DNA from: Pseudomonadota bacterium
GTDB taxonomy: Bacteria; Desulfobacterota; Desulfovibrionia; Desulfovibrionales; Desulfovibrionaceae
Length of the DNA stretch: 24,361 nucleotides
Direction: 5' to 3'
Assembly (NCBI GenBank): GCA_023453335.1
Contig: JAEXTU010000020.1
Location: forward strand, 1-24,361
A program made the translations under genes and the position numbers. This document shows positions 16,413-24,277 of the stretch, piece by piece. The notes beneath the pieces were generated by a model that made no database searches, was not told the DNA's origin, and saw nothing but the letters and a program-made list of their open reading frames with translations. Numbering within the stretch: position 1 is the stretch's first letter; every line of letters starts with the position of its first letter.

Positions 16413-16904
16413 CTAGAATCGGATGCGCCGGTCGAGCAGGCGGGCCAGGCGGTCGGCCTTGCGGCCGAACACGTTGGCCGCGTATGCGCCCAGGCGGGGT
16501 TCGCACTCCAGGCCCAGCCGCCGGGCCAGGTGGGCCCCGGCGCGGGCGGACAGGCCCTCGTCCACCCCGGGGCAGGAGGCGGCGTAGTCGGCCAGGGCCG
16601 CGTCCAGGCCGGCCTTGAACCGGTCCTTGTGCCGGGGGAAGAGCATGTCCAGGATGCGCTCCATGTGCTTCAGGTACAGGCCCCACAAGATCCCGACCCG
16701 GGAAGCCTCCAGCTGGGCCTCCAGCCCACGGCGCACTGCGAACATCTTGAGCCGCAGGAGCTCCTGCTTGAAGGCCGTGGGGTCCAGGCCGGAGCGGGCC
16801 AGCACCGCGGACAGGGCCGCGGCGTCGAACTCGAACTCCACGTAGAACGGCAAGGTGGCGTCGGCCAGGAAATAGGCCGCCTTGTCCGCGCGCATCCCGA
16901 TCAC
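16413..16904 (-). CDS. Hypothetical protein, 163 aa
   Basis: GTG at 16904 (GTGA overlap) with GAGGAGGT upstream; fills the gap between the sulfotransferase-like gene and neuB; no motif recognised. An alternative ATG lies at 16895. Confidence 0.7.
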   Translation of the reverse strand: MIGMRADKAAYFLADATLPFYVEFEFDAAALSAVLARSGLDPTAFKQELLRLKMFAVRRGLEAQLEASRVGILWGLYLKHMERILDMLFPRHKDRFKAGLDAALADYAASCPGVDEGLSARAGAHLARRLGLECEPRLGAYAANVFGRKADRLARLLDRRIRF

Positions 16905-17794
16905 GGCCGCACCTCCTCGCCGGTGTGGAAGTAGCCCAGGGACCGGATGTCGATGTCCGGGAACAGGGCGGCCAGTTCCCGGTTGTCCTCGTCGAAATAG
17001 AGCCGGATGAACTCCTCGGTGGCCTCGTCGAACTCCAGGGCCCAGCGCGGGGCCACCTTGGCGATGAGGCGGTCGATGGGCTTGGCCAGCTTGCGGTAGG
17101 CCCGGTAGGCCAGCATGTCCTCGGGGTCGAAGCCCTGCAGGGTGGTGCCCTGGAGCTTGTTCACCAGGAGCTGCACGTGGTGGGAGAAGGGCGAGTAGCG
17201 CACGTTGACCTTCTCCCCCAGGTCCGCGCCGAAGCGGCGGTCGGCCAGGCCCAGGAAGGCCAGCAGCCCGCGCATGGCCGCTTCGTTGAAGAAACGCTCG
17301 AAGAGCTCCACCCGCACGTTCTCCGCGCCGAAGCGGTCCCGGTACAGGCCGATGACCTTGTTGAAGCGCAGGCCGGGCAAGGTCTGGTCGCGCTGGCAGT
17401 ACTCGGTGACGTAGCGGGGGAAGGTGAATCCGAACCCGCCCCGGATGCGCTGCTGGTACATGGACTTGAGCAGCCCGGCCTGGGAGCGGATCACGATGAG
17501 CACCTTGGCCTCGGGGGACAGGGCGTGCAGCCGGTCGCAGGTGCGGGTGATGTGCGAGTAGTTGCAGATGAACTGCTCGTGCGAGAGCACGTTGAGCCGC
17601 TCCGGGTCCGCGAAGCGCTCCCGCATCTCGGCCGCGGCGCCCGCGGGGTCGTAGAACAGGTCGTCGGCCTTGATGAGGCCGTAGGACAGGCCGTTGACCG
17701 GGATGTAGTTGATCCCGTCCACGGCCCTGAAGAAGCGCCGCTGCAAGAAGGTGCTGCCGCACTTCTGGTACCCGACGTGGAAGAGTTGGATCAT
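16901..17794 (-). CDS. Sulfotransferase-fold (P-loop) protein, 297 aa
   Basis: N-terminal FHVGYQKCGSTFLQ, LSHEQF, AKVLIVIRSQ...SMYQQ (3'-PB-like RxxxxxxxS), FGAENVRVELFE. Confidence 0.75.
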   Translation of the reverse strand: MIQLFHVGYQKCGSTFLQRRFFRAVDGINYIPVNGLSYGLIKADDLFYDPAGAAAEMRERFADPERLNVLSHEQFICNYSHITRTCDRLHALSPEAKVLIVIRSQAGLLKSMYQQRIRGGFGFTFPRYVTEYCQRDQTLPGLRFNKVIGLYRDRFGAENVRVELFERFFNEAAMRGLLAFLGLADRRFGADLGEKVNVRYSPFSHHVQLLVNKLQGTTLQGFDPEDMLAYRAYRKLAKPIDRLIAKVAPRWALEFDEATEEFIRLYFDEDNRELAALFPDIDIRSLGYFHTGEEVRP

Positions 17795-17804
17795 GGGTGC
17801 GTCC

Positions 17805-19553
17805 TTATGCGCGGCCGCCCAGGGCCGCCTTGTCCACCACGAAGTCGTGCATGAACAGCACTTCCAACCCGGACTTGAAGAAGGTGTTGAGCGCGTCGGC
17901 CGGGGACTCCACCATGGGCTCGCCCTTGATGTTCAAGCTGGTGTTGAGCAGGATGGGCACCCCGGTGCGCCGCTCGAACTCGCTGATGAGCCCGTGCCAA
18001 CGCGGATTGTCCGCGGCGTTCACGGTCTGCAGCCGGCCCGAGCCGTCCACGTGCACCACCGCCGGCACCTTGTGCCGCACCTCGGGCCGGAACGAGTAGA
18101 CCTTCTCCATGTAGGGCGTGGGCATGGCCCCGTCCTCGAACCACTCGAGCAGGCGTTCCTCCAGGATGGCCGGGGCAAAGGGCCGATAGGCCTCGCGGTA
18201 TTTCACCGCCAAGTTGATGCGGTCCTTCATGTCCTCGCGCCGGGGGTCGGCCACGATGCTGCGGTTGCCCAGGGCGCGCTCGCCGTACTCGCTGCGGCCC
18301 TGGAACCAGGCGATGATGCGGCCCTTCTCGATCTCGTCCACCGCGGCCCTGACCGGGTCGGCCACCCGGGTAAAGGGGATGCGGAAGCGCTCCAGGGCTT
18401 CCGAGATGTCCGCGTCGGTGTACACCGGGCCGCGGTACTCCCGGGCGTTGCCGGGGACGCGCCCGGCATGGCCGCCCAGCACGTGGTGGGCATACAGGGC
18501 CGCGCCGATGCTGCACCCGGTGTCGTCCGAGGCGTAGTTCACGAAGAGGTTGTCGAAGGGCGAGTTGGCCAGGGCCTTGCCGTTCATCACGCAGTTCATG
18601 GCCAGGCCGCCCGAGAGGCAGAGGTTCTTGAGGCCGGTGCGCCGGTGCAGCTTCACCAGGATGTCGAAGACCACCTCCTCGGTGACCTTCTGCACCGCGG
18701 CGGCCAGGTCGTAGCCGCGCTCCGCGAAGTCCTCCACCCCGCGCAGGGGCTCGCCGAAGAGCTCCACGAACTTGGGATTGAAGATGCGCGGCTTCATGAA
18801 CAGGTAGTGGCTGTTGTAGGACAGGTCGATCTCGTAAAGCTTGTCGCTGTCCGCCGGGAAGGAGCGCACCAGGGAGCGGACCTTCTCGTAGTACCGGTCA
18901 GGGTCGCCGTAGGGCGCCGCGCCCATGAGCTTCCACTCGTCGGAGTTGGGCCTAAAGCCCATGAAGTCGGTGAACTCCTGGTAGAACACGCCCAGGCTGT
19001 GCGGGAAGAGCACCCGGTCCACCAGGTCGATGCGCGCGCCCGCGGCCCGGTACAGCGAGGTGCAGGACTTCTCGCCGAAGGCGTCCAGCACCAGCACCGC
19101 AGCCTCGTCGAAGGGCGACATGTAGAACACGCTGGCCACGTGGGACTTGTGGTGGTCGATGAACCGGAAAGGAAGGTTGCGGCCCGCGAAGAAGGGCAGG
19201 TTCATCTCGGCCACGTCGCCGAAGTCCTTTTCCCCGTGCTGATCCGGGATGAGCGAGGCGAAGTGCGCGGGTACCGAGTAGAAGAACTCGGGCAGGTAGC
19301 GCGCCGCGCCCACCTGGGGCCCCTGCAGCCGGTCCAGGTGCACGGTGGGGTTCCAGCCCACGGCCACCAGATCCACGTCGGCCAGGCCGATGCCCTCGTG
19401 GGCCAGGCAGGCCTTGACCGCGGCCAGGGGGAAGTTCTTGGTCTTCTTCTGCCGGGTGAGGCGCTCCTCGCACACCGCGAAGGTGAGCTCGCCGTCCTTC
19501 AGGATGGCGGCCGAGGTGTTGAACCCTGCCTGCTTGATGCCGATGATGTACAT
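17805..19553 (-). CDS. Carbamoyltransferase (NodU/CmcH/TobZ family), copy 1, 582 aa
   Basis: CEERLTRQK, DHHKSH, LDAFGE, EWKLMGAAPYG, SGGLAMNC..N, GRSEYGERALGNRSI, KYRE..RPFAP, HVDGSGRLQTV, NTSLNIKGEPMV. Confidence 0.93.
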   Translation of the reverse strand: MYIIGIKQAGFNTSAAILKDGELTFAVCEERLTRQKKTKNFPLAAVKACLAHEGIGLADVDLVAVGWNPTVHLDRLQGPQVGAARYLPEFFYSVPAHFASLIPDQHGEKDFGDVAEMNLPFFAGRNLPFRFIDHHKSHVASVFYMSPFDEAAVLVLDAFGEKSCTSLYRAAGARIDLVDRVLFPHSLGVFYQEFTDFMGFRPNSDEWKLMGAAPYGDPDRYYEKVRSLVRSFPADSDKLYEIDLSYNSHYLFMKPRIFNPKFVELFGEPLRGVEDFAERGYDLAAAVQKVTEEVVFDILVKLHRRTGLKNLCLSGGLAMNCVMNGKALANSPFDNLFVNYASDDTGCSIGAALYAHHVLGGHAGRVPGNAREYRGPVYTDADISEALERFRIPFTRVADPVRAAVDEIEKGRIIAWFQGRSEYGERALGNRSIVADPRREDMKDRINLAVKYREAYRPFAPAILEERLLEWFEDGAMPTPYMEKVYSFRPEVRHKVPAVVHVDGSGRLQTVNAADNPRWHGLISEFERRTGVPILLNTSLNIKGEPMVESPADALNTFFKSGLEVLFMHDFVVDKAALGGRA

Positions 19554-19564
19554 GTCCCGTCCTG

Positions 19565-21244
19565 TCAGTTGTGGAAGAAGACCTTCTTCCAGTCCGCGTA
19601 GACCGTGTCCCGGTAGAGGGTGCGGTCGTACTTGCCGTTCTTGAAGCGGCCGTACCAGTGGTTGAAGGGCACCACGAAACCCCGTTTGTCCTTGCGTTCG
19701 ACAATGGAGGCGGGGATGAACTGCCTGGCGATGTCCTTGATGATCTCCTTGGTCACCCCGCGGTTGATCTTGTAGCTCGAGGGCATGGAGAAGGCGTACT
19801 GGATGAGCCGATGGTCCAGGAAGGGGGAGCGGCTCTCCACCGAGTGGGCCATGCTCATGCGGTCGGACATCTGGAGCATGATCTGCATGGTGTAGTAGAA
19901 GTCGAAGGACCCCATGGCGTGCACCACGTCGCCATAGAAGTCGAAGAAGGGCTTCACGATCTCCCGCATGAAACGCTCGTACTCGGGGAGCGAGAGCTTG
20001 TCCGAGCGGTTGATGAGCTTGATGTACCGCTCGGCCGGGTCGCCGTAGTACTTGTTGATGAGGTAGGCGTAATTCTCCAGGGCCTCAAGCTGCTGGATCT
20101 GCTGGTCGTGGTACAGGAAGTGGTAGCGGTGGTAGCCGCCGAACAGTTCGTCCATGCCCTCGCCCATGAGCGCCACCCGGGAGACCTTGGCCACCTGCTG
20201 GAAGATCATGAAGTAGTTGAACCCGGTCCAGGTGGCCGGGGTGTCCAGGTGCCAGGCGATGGTCTCCCGGTAGTGCTCGAAGTCGTCCCGGGTGGGCCGG
20301 ACGATGACCAGTTCCTTGCCGATGTGGTCGGCCACGGCCTGGGCGTACTCGATCTCCGAGAACTCCGCGCCCAGGCCCTCGTTCTCGTAGGTCACCGAGA
20401 AGAGGTGCTCGGGCTTCTTGATGCAGGCGATGAGGGCCGAGTCCACCCCGCCGCTCACCAGGCAGCAGTAGGGGTAGGCCGACACCGCGGTGCGCACCGC
20501 AATCGCGTCGCAGATGAGCTCGGTGAGGTCCCGCTTGATCTTGGCGCGGTCGTCCGGGACCTCGATGAGCTTGTCCATGATGTTCCAGTAGCAGACGTAG
20601 CGGCGCTGCCGGCCCGAGAACTTCAGGTAGTAGCCGGGCTCGATGAGCTTGATGTTCTTGAACAGGGTGTCCGCGCCCAGGCAGGCCTCGAACAGGTCAT
20701 AGGTCTTGCAGGACTGCTCCACCGGGGCCACGATCTCCAGGATGGCCTTGATCTCGCTGGCGAAGACCACCTTCTCGTGGTCCTCGTACACGTAGAGGAA
20801 CTTCTCGCCGGCCTTGTCCCGGATGAGGTGCAGTTCGTCCTTGCGGGAATCGTACAGGGCCACGGCGTACATGCCGTTGACCTGGTCCAGGATGCCCAGG
20901 CCGTACTCCTCGAAGCAGTGGAGCAGGGTCTCGGTGTCCGAGCGGCACTTGTACTCGTACTTTTGCAGCAGCCGGGCCTCGTACTCCTGGTAGTTGTAGA
21001 ACTGGCCGTTGAAGACCAGGGCCAGGGAGTCGTCGGCGTTGGTGTAAGGGGCCTCTTCGCAGGCGGTGTTCACGATGGCCAGCCGGCCCATGCCCAGGGT
21101 GCACTTGCCCCCGTAGGTGTTGCAGCCCGCGAAGTCCGGGCCGCGGTGCCGCATGGAGTGCAGCATGCCCATGACCCGGCCCCTGGCGTCGGTGTCCGGC
21201 GCAGGCGGCCCGTCGAAGTAGTAGATTCCAGCGATCCCGCACAT
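19565..21244 (-). CDS. asnB: Asparagine synthase (glutamine-hydrolysing)-family amidotransferase, probably glycan-amidating, 559 aa
   Basis: MCGIAG (Cys1 nucleophile), HRGPD, RLAIV, FNGQFYN, SDTE, SGGVDS, GEGMDELFGGY, DRMSMAHSVESRSPFLD. Confidence 0.92.
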   Translation of the reverse strand: MCGIAGIYYFDGPPAPDTDARGRVMGMLHSMRHRGPDFAGCNTYGGKCTLGMGRLAIVNTACEEAPYTNADDSLALVFNGQFYNYQEYEARLLQKYEYKCRSDTETLLHCFEEYGLGILDQVNGMYAVALYDSRKDELHLIRDKAGEKFLYVYEDHEKVVFASEIKAILEIVAPVEQSCKTYDLFEACLGADTLFKNIKLIEPGYYLKFSGRQRRYVCYWNIMDKLIEVPDDRAKIKRDLTELICDAIAVRTAVSAYPYCCLVSGGVDSALIACIKKPEHLFSVTYENEGLGAEFSEIEYAQAVADHIGKELVIVRPTRDDFEHYRETIAWHLDTPATWTGFNYFMIFQQVAKVSRVALMGEGMDELFGGYHRYHFLYHDQQIQQLEALENYAYLINKYYGDPAERYIKLINRSDKLSLPEYERFMREIVKPFFDFYGDVVHAMGSFDFYYTMQIMLQMSDRMSMAHSVESRSPFLDHRLIQYAFSMPSSYKINRGVTKEIIKDIARQFIPASIVERKDKRGFVVPFNHWYGRFKNGKYDRTLYRDTVYADWKKVFFHN

Positions 21245-21246
21245 GG

Positions 21247-22578
21247 CTAGCTCTCCAGGATGTCCAGGCGGCCGTCTCCGGGGGCGTGGTAGAGGGTGGT
21301 CGCGGGGAAGTCGTAGCGGCGCAGGAGGCCGGGGTTGTCCAGGACCAGCTTGGCCCGGCCGATGCCCATCCGGCCCAGCTGCTCCCGGCCGGCGAACTTG
21401 AACCCGTAATAGTCGGAGAGGATGAACAGGGCCTCGGCCTGCAAGCCGTCGCGCTCCAGGTTGCAGACCCGGGCAAAGGGCAGCATGGCCCGGATCTCCT
21501 CGGCGCTGTAGTAGGGGTCGTCCACCCAGACCTCCACCCCCTGCCCGGCCAGGTAGTTGGCCAGGGTCACCGCGGGCGAGATCTCGGCCAGGCGCACGTT
21601 GCGCTGGCTGGACAGGCCCAGGATGAGGGCCGAGCCCATGCCGCTGCGCACCAGGTAGTCCCCGTACTTGAGGATGAGGGTCACGTTGACGCTCTGCGCC
21701 TCCTTGACCAGGGTCAGCTCCCCGGGGTGCGCCGCGCCCTCCAGGATGTTGGACACTGCGGAGAACATCCGGTTGCCGGCCATGCCGAAGGACAGGGCCG
21801 GCGACTCGGGCCGGAAGTTGCGCGCGGCCAGGGAGAGCACCCGGTCCATGTCCAGGTCCGGGTAGGCCAGGGCCATCTGGCAGAAATAGGCGCCCACCAG
21901 GTAGGCCAGGCCGCTGGTGGCGTTCTCGTAGACCTCGGCCGCGCGGATGGAGGGCAACTCCTCCACCTCGATGCCCAAAAGCTCATAGAAGGCCCGGCCC
22001 TTTTCCAGGGAGGCCGGGGTGGTGGGGGCCACCACCCGCCGGCCGCCATCGGCCAGGAACTCCTCCAGGGTCCAGTCGCTGCGGAAGGCGGACAGGCAGT
22101 CCACGGACACCCCGGCCGCGGCCAGGGGGGACAGGAAGAAATGGTCGATGTTGCCCGGGGCCTCGGCGGACTGGAACACCACCAGGGCGTCGGCCAGCCT
22201 GTCCTTGCGGGCGATGAACTCCCCGGCCAGGCGGCGGATGCGGTTGTCCCCGGGGTCGGTGTAGTTCTCCCCGGAGAAGGAGACGATGTGGGCCGGAGAG
22301 TCGAACATGGCGTCCATGTCCGCGCCGCCCGGGGCGCCGCACAGGGTGATGCGCTCCATGTCCAGCCGGGGGAGCTTGTTCACCTGCGACCAGTTCTGGC
22401 GCAGGGCCTCCTGGGGATAGGACCCGTCGGCCAGGCCGGCCAGGCGCTCGGGGAAGAAGTCCCAGACGTTGCAGTGGAAACCGTTGGCCTGCAACCGGAT
22501 GATGGTGGTGTAGGCCAGGTAGCCGATGCCCCACACCGAGACCGTGCGCCGCTCCAGAACCTGGTTCAGGAATTCCAT
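21247..22578 (-). CDS. Divergent UDP-glucose/GDP-mannose dehydrogenase-family homolog lacking canonical catalytic residues, 443 aa
   Basis: ATG at 22578 with AAGGAGG RBS; the ORF-track start at 23250 is overextended. VSVWGIGYLA Rossmann-like start, VVFQSA..PG, AAEV, C-terminal ILGLS....N.....SPA and V..DDPY match the family layout and length. Confidence 0.7.
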   Translation of the reverse strand: MEFLNQVLERRTVSVWGIGYLAYTTIIRLQANGFHCNVWDFFPERLAGLADGSYPQEALRQNWSQVNKLPRLDMERITLCGAPGGADMDAMFDSPAHIVSFSGENYTDPGDNRIRRLAGEFIARKDRLADALVVFQSAEAPGNIDHFFLSPLAAAGVSVDCLSAFRSDWTLEEFLADGGRRVVAPTTPASLEKGRAFYELLGIEVEELPSIRAAEVYENATSGLAYLVGAYFCQMALAYPDLDMDRVLSLAARNFRPESPALSFGMAGNRMFSAVSNILEGAAHPGELTLVKEAQSVNVTLILKYGDYLVRSGMGSALILGLSSQRNVRLAEISPAVTLANYLAGQGVEVWVDDPYYSAEEIRAMLPFARVCNLERDGLQAEALFILSDYYGFKFAGREQLGRMGIGRAKLVLDNPGLLRRYDFPATTLYHAPGDGRLDILES

Positions 22579-23588
22579 GCGTTCCTCCTTGCGATGGCCC
22601 GCTCCACGGCTTCCCGCACGGCCGAGGGCCGGAAAAAGCCGGCGGGCGCCAGCGTGTACTCGCCGTCCAGGGCCGCGGCCAGGGCCGCCGGGTCCACCGC
22701 GCCGAAGCCCAGGTAGCGCACCGCGCCCATGGCCGCAAAATATTCGCACCGCTCCACCTGGTGGGCGTAAGCCGCCACCACCGCGGCCGGGGTGCGGGTG
22801 GCCGCCAGTTCGGACACGGTGAGCCCGCCAGTGCCCACCGCGAAATCGCAGTCCAGATAGCGCGCGAACATGTCGGGCACGTTGCGCTCCACCCGGTGGG
22901 GCAGGCCCGAGGCGGCCAGCTGCGCGCGCAGCCCCTCCTCGGCCCGGTAGCCCGGCCCCAGCACCACGGCCAGTTCCAGGTCCTGGCCCAGGCCGGCCAG
23001 GGCCGCGCAGGCCCGGGCGGTCAGATCGTGCTCGTCGGCCCCGCCCATGGCCACCAGGATGCGGCGGCGCGGTTTGGCGCGCTGCACCCGGGCCGCCCGC
23101 TCCAGGTCGAAGTGCGGGGGCAGGAGCACGTAGCCCGGCCCCAGGAGCAGTTCGGCCCGGGGGAAGTCCAGGCCGGCAAAGGCGCGGGGGCCGGTCACGT
23201 CCCAGTTCACCACCACGTCGAAGTCCCGGGGCACCCGGGCGTCGAAGCACACGCAGGCGCGCACCGCCCGGTCGGTGAAGGCCGGGAAGCTGTCCAGGGG
23301 CACCCGGGTGATCTCGAAGACCAGGGCGGCCAGGCCCAGTTCGTCCACCGCCGCGTTCACCGCCGCGGCCTCGCCGGCCAGGTCCAGGGCCGGGTCCAGC
23401 CAGAGGACCCGGGAGAGGCCCTTGGCCGCGGCCAGGTCCTGGGCAAAGGCGTGGTCGCGGACCATGAAATGGGACTCGTAGCGGACCGGGTCGAAGGACG
23501 CGGCCAGGCCGGCCAGGGAGGCCAGATCGCCGGTGCCCACCGCCGGGTCGGCGTCGGCCCGGAACAGGATGCGGTGCGGCGCGCTCAC
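22566..23588 (-). CDS. PseG/SpsG-like GT-B-fold protein (UDP-sugar hydrolase or glycosyltransferase), 340 aa
   Basis: GTG at 23588 (GTGA overlap); ILFRADA...VGTGD, LLLGPGYVLL...F, ILVAMGGAD, VVLGPGY, NVPDM...D.AVGTGGLTVSEL, AYAHQ. Confidence 0.82.
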   Translation of the reverse strand: MSAPHRILFRADADPAVGTGDLASLAGLAASFDPVRYESHFMVRDHAFAQDLAAAKGLSRVLWLDPALDLAGEAAAVNAAVDELGLAALVFEITRVPLDSFPAFTDRAVRACVCFDARVPRDFDVVVNWDVTGPRAFAGLDFPRAELLLGPGYVLLPPHFDLERAARVQRAKPRRRILVAMGGADEHDLTARACAALAGLGQDLELAVVLGPGYRAEEGLRAQLAASGLPHRVERNVPDMFARYLDCDFAVGTGGLTVSELAATRTPAAVVAAYAHQVERCEYFAAMGAVRYLGFGAVDPAALAAALDGEYTLAPAGFFRPSAVREAVERAIARRNAWNS

Positions 23589-24277
23589 GGCTTCCCCCCG
23601 CCGGACCGGGCCAGGGCGGCCAGGGCGTCCAGGCCGTAGGTCCAGTGCGGCCGGTCCATGCGGACCACCAGGGCGGCGAAGGCCGCGAAGTCCGCGGCGG
23701 TGTCCACCACGAAGGAGAGGCCTGCGTAGTCGGCCAGGGCGGGCAGGTCCAGGATGCGGAACTCGCCCGGGCGCTGGTGGAAATACTGGGTCACGTGCTC
23801 GAAGTGCCCGGGCTCGCTCATGCGGCCATAGGCCGCGCGGAAGGTGGCGGCGTCCACCACGTCCACCAGCTGGCCGTCGGGGTGGTCGTGCACCTGGTTG
23901 TTGGTCACCATGTCCCAGCCCCCGGCGCGGAAGGCGTCGCAGGCGCGGTCCACCACCGCCGGGTCCAGGAGCGGGCTGTCCCCGCAGATACGCGCGAAGG
24001 CGTCGGCGGAACAGGCGTCCAGGGCCTTGAGGAAGCGGCCGGCCACATCGTCCAGGGAGCCGCGCACGCAGGTCACGCCCAGCTTCCGGCACAGGGCCTC
24101 CACCGGGTCGTCGCCCGCCAGGTCCGAGGTGGCCACCAGCACGCGGTCCAGTTCCTCGGCCCGGGCCAGGCGCTCCAGGAGGAAGGCCAGGAGCGGCTTG
24201 CCCGCCACCTCCATGAGCACCTTGCCGGGCAGCCGGGAGGAGCTCATGCGCGCCTGCACGATGGCCGCGATCCTCAT
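23585..24277 (-). CDS. SpsF/PseF-like cytidylyltransferase (CTP_transf_3 family), copy 1, 230 aa
   Basis: AIVQARMSSSRLPGKVL, VATS...DD, RGSLDDVAGRF, RICGDSPLLDP, EHVT, VDTAADF. Confidence 0.9.
   Translation of the reverse strand: MRIAAIVQARMSSSRLPGKVLMEVAGKPLLAFLLERLARAEELDRVLVATSDLAGDDPVEALCRKLGVTCVRGSLDDVAGRFLKALDACSADAFARICGDSPLLDPAVVDRACDAFRAGGWDMVTNNQVHDHPDGQLVDVVDAATFRAAYGRMSEPGHFEHVTQYFHQRPGEFRILDLPALADYAGLSFVVDTAADFAAFAALVVRMDRPHWTYGLDALAALARSGGGKP

Noticed and set aside
272..19553. Aminoglycoside or other antibiotic biosynthetic cluster (TobZ-like, BtrN-like, GenK-like, DegT, Gfo)
   Set aside because: No 2-deoxy-scyllo-inosose synthase, resistance, export or regulatory gene is visible, while NeuB, two cytidylyltransferases, PseG-like and WbuX-like genes point to a nonulosonate glycan. 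Not fully excluded, since the cluster extends past the window.
21247..22578. Pseudogene call for the degenerate dehydrogenase homolog
   Set aside because: The frame is full length with no stops or frameshifts, has a strong RBS and normal codon bias.
2317..24092. Long N-terminal extensions in the ORF track (starts at 3843, 6291, 12201, 13382, 17762, 23250, 24092) that could look like fusions or overlapping genes
   Set aside because: The extensions are Arg/Pro/Gly-rich off-frame readings of the upstream gene; the real starts sit at the upstream stop codons, most with a clear RBS.
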